DNA of 64,000 nucleotides from a virus: IMG/VR virus record IMGVR_UViG_3300023491_000002; one strand, 5' to 3'. Shown piece by piece: positions 58,893 to 64,000 of this stretch (position 1 is its first letter; each line of letters starts with the position of its first letter). The notes under the pieces were generated by a model. It saw only the letters and a program-made list of their open reading frames with translations, ran no database searches and was not told where the DNA came from. The position numbers and the translations under genes were made by a program.

Positions 58893-58916
58893 AATATACT
58901 TTGTTTCAATAGAAGT

Positions 58917-59618
58917 TTATTTCTTAATTGTAACAATATCCTTTTCTTGAAGCGTCCAAGCATCAAGACCTTCAGGAGATTGATTCAATGTTTCTTTAAG
59001 ATTAGTACTATTAACATAGAATTTGAAATCACCTTCTTCAAAAGCAATTCCATGTTCAGCGAGAATAGCTTTAATCTTATTAGCTTTATCAAGATTTAAA
59101 CCTTTATCAAGTTTAACATCAATAAAACCTTTAATTGCATCAATGTTCGCAGGTACTGTATCAACAGATGGATTTTCAAAATATTGATACATTTGATTAA
59201 GAAAGCTATTAAACATTTCCGTATCTGTAACAACTTCCTGACCTTTACGAACACTAATAGTAATATTCGGATATTTAAGAGACATACTATCAGTAGGCTC
59301 TTTAATACCAGTTTCAGCATTCTTCTTTAATACCGGTTCACCGTACTTATATGCACATTCCGCCATAACATCTTTAAGACGTTTAATCTTTTTCTCAGTA
59401 CGTTTAACACGATCATCAAGAGCTTGCTTGTATTGTTTAAGTAATGCTATATCAGTATTATAACGATCTATAACAAAAGCATAAGCATAAAGTTTCTCAC
59501 CGAGTTCCTCTTCACTAATCGCAAGTTCCTCAGCACCACTTTCTCCTATATCTCCACCGTTCTCGGCAGCATATTCTAATATCCTATCAATATTAGCTTG
59601 TATTTCAAACAGATTCAT
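58917..59618 (-). CDS. Siphovirus Gp157-like protein, as found in phage recombination/replication modules.
   Basis: An MNLFEIQANIDRILEYAAENGGDI... acidic start, then an LKQYKQALDDRVKRTEKKIKRLKDVM coiled coil. The size and layout are typical of the Gp157 family. Confidence 0.45.
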   Translation of the reverse strand: MNLFEIQANIDRILEYAAENGGDIGESGAEELAISEEELGEKLYAYAFVIDRYNTDIALLKQYKQALDDRVKRTEKKIKRLKDVMAECAYKYGEPVLKKNAETGIKEPTDSMSLKYPNITISVRKGQEVVTDTEMFNSFLNQMYQYFENPSVDTVPANIDAIKGFIDVKLDKGLNLDKANKIKAILAEHGIAFEEGDFKFYVNSTNLKETLNQSPEGLDAWTLQEKDIVTIKK

Positions 59619-59901
59619 CGAAATTCAATTCAGTTTGGTAATGACTATAATCTTCAATCTCTTTAAAACGAACCATTGTATCCTTAACTAATAAAGTATT
59701 AGTAGGAACACTAGCCCAACCTGTAACAAAAGGTCTATGAATAAGACTCATACCTTCAGTTAGAGTATCATAATAACTTACAGGTAAATCTAAATTACTT
59801 TGTTCAAATACAGTAGTAGGTTTACCGTAATATTTAATATAAATATCAAGAGGTATAAATGCTGGTAATCTATTCACCTGCACTTTCACTTTCTCCGCCA
59901 T
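59605..59901 (-). CDS. Hypothetical protein, 98 aa.
   Basis: ORF overlapping both neighbours, as in operon-style packing. Confidence 0.5.
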   Translation of the reverse strand: MAEKVKVQVNRLPAFIPLDIYIKYYGKPTTVFEQSNLDLPVSYYDTLTEGMSLIHRPFVTGWASVPTNTLLVKDTMVRFKEIEDYSHYQTELNFDESV

Positions 59902-60937
59902 GATCTGAATCAGTAATATCTTTTTGAGAAATTCTAATTACATCAAGATGATCTTTACATCGTTTCATTATAATATGCATATTAGGATGAGATTTACCAA
60001 ATTTATCATATAAACGTTTATCAATTATATTATCCCAATCTTCATTAAATCCTGTATAATAGATTTCACTTTTAATACCTAAAGGTAAATATTCACGAGC
60101 ATCTTGTGCAGGTAATTTAAGAACATCTTTAGCTTCATAATATGAAAGTTCATTAATAATACAAGTTTTAATATAATGATAAACTTTTTTATAATTAATA
60201 TCTGAAGCCCCTTCATATAAAACATAAGCTCTAGAATAATAAGCTTGAAGTTTATTAATTTTACTTAAAGAATCATCTACTTCTTGAATAAGTCTAATAA
60301 AATTATTAATAGCATTATCAAAAACATTAGAATTAACCCAATGAGGTAAACAAAATGTAACACCATTAAATTTAGAATCATTAGAATAATCACACCAACG
60401 AGTAGATTCAACAGCCATAGATTGAACACGTTCACGAACAAGTTCATCAACTATACTTCTAAGAGTAGTTATATATGCATTCATACGAGCGAAAGGATGA
60501 TCGAATTTTGGAACAAACCAAGCAACACCATGAGCTTTCCAAATCTCATCACCTTCCATAGTAGAAGTCTGAATAAGAGCTTTAGCTAATTCAGGACTTT
60601 CATTATATACAACACGAAGATTAGTGTAGATATAATAGAAATGAGAATCAGGTCTTGCATCTTTAATATCAGAAACAAAACGAGAAAAAGCAGAATGCCT
60701 AATGTTTATCATTTCAATACTCATCATATCATGATAACCACAAACATAAATAGGACAATGCTCAAGAATTGAAGTATGACCTTTATCAATAAGCATCAAA
60801 AGAAACTTAACGTAACTTCCGGGTTTAATCTTACCTTCAGATTTATAACAAAGACGACCAGCAAATTCTGCTAATTGAAGACCACCTTTTAAATTATGAG
60901 CTGTATGAATAACAGCAACAGGTTTAACAAATTGCAT
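59870..60937 (-). CDS. ThyX-like protein, a divergent flavin-dependent thymidylate synthase, 355 aa.
   Basis: The N-terminus is ...AVIHTAHNLKGGLQLAEFAGRLCYKS...GHTSILEHCPIY (the ThyX-like aarlCY / SxLEH pattern). RHSAFSRF partly matches the RHRxxSxxxxSxRY signature, but RY is absent. It is longer than typical ThyX. Confidence 0.4.
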   Translation of the reverse strand: MQFVKPVAVIHTAHNLKGGLQLAEFAGRLCYKSEGKIKPGSYVKFLLMLIDKGHTSILEHCPIYVCGYHDMMSIEMINIRHSAFSRFVSDIKDARPDSHFYYIYTNLRVVYNESPELAKALIQTSTMEGDEIWKAHGVAWFVPKFDHPFARMNAYITTLRSIVDELVRERVQSMAVESTRWCDYSNDSKFNGVTFCLPHWVNSNVFDNAINNFIRLIQEVDDSLSKINKLQAYYSRAYVLYEGASDINYKKVYHYIKTCIINELSYYEAKDVLKLPAQDAREYLPLGIKSEIYYTGFNEDWDNIIDKRLYDKFGKSHPNMHIIMKRCKDHLDVIRISQKDITDSDHGGESESAGE

Positions 60938-60939
60938 AT

Positions 60940-61404
60940 TTATATATTTAATTTAGTTTGACCGTCAGATTCAGTATTATAAGCTAAATCTAATAAGATA
61001 GTTTTAAGACGATCATTTATTTCAGCTCGTATATTGTTATTACCGTTAGATAAACCTAAAATAGTAACATCATTATCTGCAACTTTCATTTTATAATTCA
61101 ATGCTGCATCAATAATACTTTCATTATCAATAGGTAAACAAGTATTAATTGAATCAGTCTTAACAGTACATCTACCGCCAAGACGATGAATTTCATCAAC
61201 AATATACCAAACTGCTTTTTCTAAATCTTCAATTTGTTTATTAATAGAAGATTTATCAGCATCAATTTTAAGACCAGCTCTCCATAGATATTTAATAGCA
61301 TTACCTACATTAAAATTTCTATGACGAGTAATATCAATACATTCTATACCACTAGGATCAGAAGTATAATGTTTAGGATGATTAACATTATCTTTTTTAG
61401 CCAT
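60940..61404 (-). CDS. DUF3310-like phage protein.
   Basis: NHPKHY...IECIDITRH...FNVGNAIKYLWRAG...DLEKAVWYI matches the characteristic NHPxHY / IExID / KY(I/L)WR motifs of this phage family, as recalled. Confidence 0.45.
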   Translation of the reverse strand: MAKKDNVNHPKHYTSDPSGIECIDITRHRNFNVGNAIKYLWRAGLKIDADKSSINKQIEDLEKAVWYIVDEIHRLGGRCTVKTDSINTCLPIDNESIIDAALNYKMKVADNDVTILGLSNGNNNIRAEINDRLKTILLDLAYNTESDGQTKLNI

Positions 61405-61407
61405 AAT

Positions 61408-61740
61408 TTATCTATTATCTCCTGAACTATGAAGTTTACCTTCAGTTTTACGTTTAGATAATTTATCAACATTTAGCTTTGCAATACCAGATAATTCAAA
61501 TCCAATAACAGCAGCTATACGAGAAATATACCAAAGACAATCACCAAGTTCTTTAGCTATTTCAACTTCATCAGTAACATTGAAATTACCATCTTTATCA
61601 CGATAAATCTTTTTAATTTTATCTGCTACTTCACCAGCTTCACCAACTAAACCTAGAGCTTTATATCCTATATTAAATTTATCATTAGGATATACATCAG
61701 TAGTATCAGTAAAATCTTGATATTCATCAAATTCTTTCAT
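61408..61740 (-). CDS. MazG-like nucleotide pyrophosphohydrolase.
   Basis: ALGLVGEAGEVADKIKK (the EExxE metal-binding helix), ELGDCLWYISRIA and KLxxRK motifs. Size about 110 aa. Confidence 0.7.
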   Translation of the reverse strand: MKEFDEYQDFTDTTDVYPNDKFNIGYKALGLVGEAGEVADKIKKIYRDKDGNFNVTDEVEIAKELGDCLWYISRIAAVIGFELSGIAKLNVDKLSKRKTEGKLHSSGDNR

Positions 61741-61755
61741 AACATCAATTTAATT

Positions 61756-62061
61756 TTAATAAGGAATAGTATCACTAATAATTTTCCAATCTGTCGCAAA
61801 CATATCTTCTCCATTAGGAGTATAATAAGTAATATGTCCATCTTTGAAAACACAAATCTGATTAATATAATTTATTATAGCATAATCCTTTTTTAATATT
61901 TCATTTTTAACAATATCAGGAAGACTTTGCATATTAGGAATTATATTTGCGGAAATAGTAGCAGGAATTTGACAAAATATAAACTTATGTCCTTCCCAAC
62001 TACTTCTAAAAGCAATAGCTTCTTTACTTCTAACGACTTTAAGAGCTTCTTCAAATATCAT
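61756..62061 (-). CDS. Hypothetical protein, 101 aa.
   Basis: ORF. Confidence 0.5.
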   Translation of the reverse strand: MIFEEALKVVRSKEAIAFRSSWEGHKFIFCQIPATISANIIPNMQSLPDIVKNEILKKDYAIINYINQICVFKDGHITYYTPNGEDMFATDWKIISDTIPY

Positions 62062-62079
62062 AATAACAATTTTAGATTA

Positions 62080-62114
62080 AACAAAAATAACCGCTAGTCA
62101 ATTAAGACCAGCGG
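62080..62114 (-). terminator. A - strand terminator-like hairpin (CCGCTGGTC...GACTAGCGG, one mismatch) followed on the - strand by TTATTTTTGTT.
   Basis: Seen in the sequence 56 nt downstream of the stop of gene 62170..62679. Confidence 0.4.
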
Positions 62115-62169
62115 CTTCAACAGCGTGCTTCACAGCATAGGCTATAATTGAATAAGAAATCAACCCATA

Positions 62170-62679
62170 TTATCTTTTAAATACATATCTCAACCAACTA
62201 CCCCACTTACGATTAATAAGACTACCTTTAACATTCAAAGGTTTAAACTCAAGATACTTAATATTATCAATATTTTTGATAACATCATTAATGTCATAGT
62301 AAGTACAAATAGGAATACTATCTTGTATAATAGTATAAGCTTTACCATTTTTGTAATGTATAATAACATTATAAGAATCTACATTAGTCTCATTTGCTCT
62401 AGCTTCACGCTCGAAACAAAGTTCACGATAAGCCTTACCTTCAGTGAAGAGTTTAAAGAACCATTCAATGACGTACCATACATAAAAGAATATACCTAAG
62501 AGGTCATTCTGTTGTTTAGTATGAGAACGTTCATGTTGAATAAGTTTAAAATATCTATTAGGATACCTAATCATTAATGTAAGCCTAGATTTATCTTTAT
62601 CTTTAAGATAAAGTCTAGCAAACATATTAATAGCAACAAACTTACCAAAAGGAAAGTGTTTAGTAATAACAACTTTCAT
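62170..62679 (-). CDS. Hypothetical protein, 169 aa.
   Basis: ORF. Confidence 0.55.
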   Translation of the reverse strand: MKVVITKHFPFGKFVAINMFARLYLKDKDKSRLTLMIRYPNRYFKLIQHERSHTKQQNDLLGIFFYVWYVIEWFFKLFTEGKAYRELCFEREARANETNVDSYNVIIHYKNGKAYTIIQDSIPICTYYDINDVIKNIDNIKYLEFKPLNVKGSLINRKWGSWLRYVFKR

Positions 62680-62682
62680 ATC

Positions 62683-62943
62683 TTAATCATCTGAAAAGTT
62701 ATAATTTATAATAGCTTCCCAATTATCTTTAGGCATACAACCTTTATAATCAGGAACTCTAGCTTCCATAAACTCATCAAGCTTAATAGAAATAATGGTA
62801 CAAATACCAAAATCCATGAGACGTTTACGTTGATTCATACAACAAAACAAATTAGCTTGATCAAGTGGAATACCAATGCTAACAAGTGCCGCTATGAAAT
62901 ATCTACGAAACATTTCCTTAGTAACACTACTAACAGCATCCAT
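62683..62943 (-). CDS. Hypothetical protein, 86 aa.
   Basis: ORF tightly packed between its neighbours. Confidence 0.45.
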   Translation of the reverse strand: MDAVSSVTKEMFRRYFIAALVSIGIPLDQANLFCCMNQRKRLMDFGICTIISIKLDEFMEARVPDYKGCMPKDNWEAIINYNFSDD

Positions 62944-62945
62944 AG

Positions 62946-63965
62946 CTAAGCCTTTTTATAAATATGACTTTCTGCAATAGCTTTAAGACGATTAGAAAGT
63001 TGTTCCATATTAACCTCAATCGTCTTAGCGGTTGAATGATAAGTTGTAATAGTTAATGCTCCAATAAACTCAGGAAACATCAAAATATTAAACTTAGCTT
63101 TATAAGTATTACCAGCTTCATTCTGAGCAATCCATGCTTTAGGATTAGCATAGAAACTAAACGTATCAAGTGTTCTAACTTTAGAATTTAGATACAAAGG
63201 ATTAAGTTTAGGGAAGAATGAAAGAATACGATTATTTGTAGGAGCTTCTGTAGCTGGGATAACACTATCTTTAATCCAAGCTTCAAAATCTTCAATAGTA
63301 TCAAATATAAGTCTTGCAGAACATTTAGCAATAGCTAAAGAACTACCTTTAGGAACTTTATAATCTATAAGTTTCACAGCCTCCTTAAATAGATTATAAG
63401 TATATCTGTTAAACATCTTAATAGCATGATCACGAGACTCAACTTCAGCACTCATGTTACTATCAACACAAATATGAAATTGAGGTTCATAAGCACTATC
63501 ATAATTTTCATTGTCGATCAAATAACCGATATTCCAAATCTTATAATAGCGAGCTTTTTCATTGTTACCATCAAAGAACTCAATTGGAATATTATGAGCA
63601 TAAATATAATACTGAATTTTCAAAAGAGTTTGATAGAATACAAATTGATTACCACTAGTAACAGGAATAAACTCACCTGTAGCATCAAGAATGAAATTAA
63701 TATTGGTATTAAGCCAATCAACTTCATCCTTAGATAAATCAGCAACAGTTCGAGGCTCTGTAACTATATATGGTTTATCAGGAGCATCTGTTCTAACAAC
63801 AGACGGAATTGAAACACCATTTATTACAATAGGCTTATACTTCTCAGTTGTAATAGCAAGTGCAGATAATTCTTCTTCAGCTTTAGAAGAAGAACTATCA
63901 ACAGGAATGTCTTGTTTAATTTCCTCTTCTTCTTTAAAAGGATTTATATCTTCCATTATATGCAA
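62946..63965 (-). CDS. Hypothetical protein of 339 aa with an acidic N-terminus. It sits in the replication module and its function is unknown.
   Basis: Long ORF. No recognisable motif. Confidence 0.6.
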   Translation of the reverse strand: MHIMEDINPFKEEEEIKQDIPVDSSSSKAEEELSALAITTEKYKPIVINGVSIPSVVRTDAPDKPYIVTEPRTVADLSKDEVDWLNTNINFILDATGEFIPVTSGNQFVFYQTLLKIQYYIYAHNIPIEFFDGNNEKARYYKIWNIGYLIDNENYDSAYEPQFHICVDSNMSAEVESRDHAIKMFNRYTYNLFKEAVKLIDYKVPKGSSLAIAKCSARLIFDTIEDFEAWIKDSVIPATEAPTNNRILSFFPKLNPLYLNSKVRTLDTFSFYANPKAWIAQNEAGNTYKAKFNILMFPEFIGALTITTYHSTAKTIEVNMEQLSNRLKAIAESHIYKKA

Positions 63966-64000
63966 TTAATCGTTAGATTCATAATCACGAACTCCGTAAG

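Noticed and set aside
1-64000. Bacteroidetes -33 TTTG / -7 TAnnTTTG promoters as a genome-wide annotation
   Set aside because: The motif is expected roughly once per 1-2 kb per strand by chance at this base composition. Only three occurrences, placed right before gene starts after terminators, are listed, all at low confidence.
63966-64000. Possible 3' end of a further - strand gene at the window edge
   Set aside because: Only about 30 nt is available, too little to support a call.

Overview
The window reads as one 64-kb piece of a strongly AT-rich, densely packed dsDNA phage genome with crAss-like (Bacteroidales podovirus-type) architecture. It uses the standard genetic code and all large ORFs are intact. 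From about 0.1 to 57.1 kb everything is on the + strand, in this order: two small genes; a 1136-aa protein that carries a canonical intein with a LAGLIDADG homing endonuclease and looks like a large terminase; a portal-like 795-aa protein; an Ala/Glu/Lys-rich scaffold-like protein; a 494-aa major-capsid-like protein; three structural proteins; a run of fibre proteins built from Listeria-Bacteroides-type repeats and BACON domains; a small membrane/lysis-like cluster; and a tail/ejection block of very large proteins of 1341, 971, 980, 2877 and 4416 aa. The 2877-aa protein has a zincin HExxH motif and a PARP-like H-G-S/Y-F/E ADP-ribosyltransferase signature, so it is a polyvalent cargo/effector protein. 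The 4416-aa protein has a DxDxD (DYDID) motif in an RdRP-like context, which makes it a candidate virion RNA polymerase. At 57.1-57.5 kb the + block meets a convergent - strand block (57.5-64.0 kb) of small replication, recombination and nucleotide-metabolism genes, among them a MazG-like pyrophosphohydrolase, a ThyX-like protein, a DUF3310-like protein and a Gp157-like protein. No tRNA, rRNA, CRISPR array, integrase or reverse transcriptase was found. Three things stand out. First, six dispersed copies of a conserved 45-50-nt GC-rich element occur: three in forward orientation at the 3' ends of long genes, one in reverse orientation in the convergent gap, and two embedded in-frame in reverse orientation inside the portal and polyvalent-protein genes. 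Second, BACON domains appear split across consecutive fibre-gene boundaries. Third, the intein and the polyvalent effector architecture are themselves notable. All functional calls come from motif reading by eye, with no database search.
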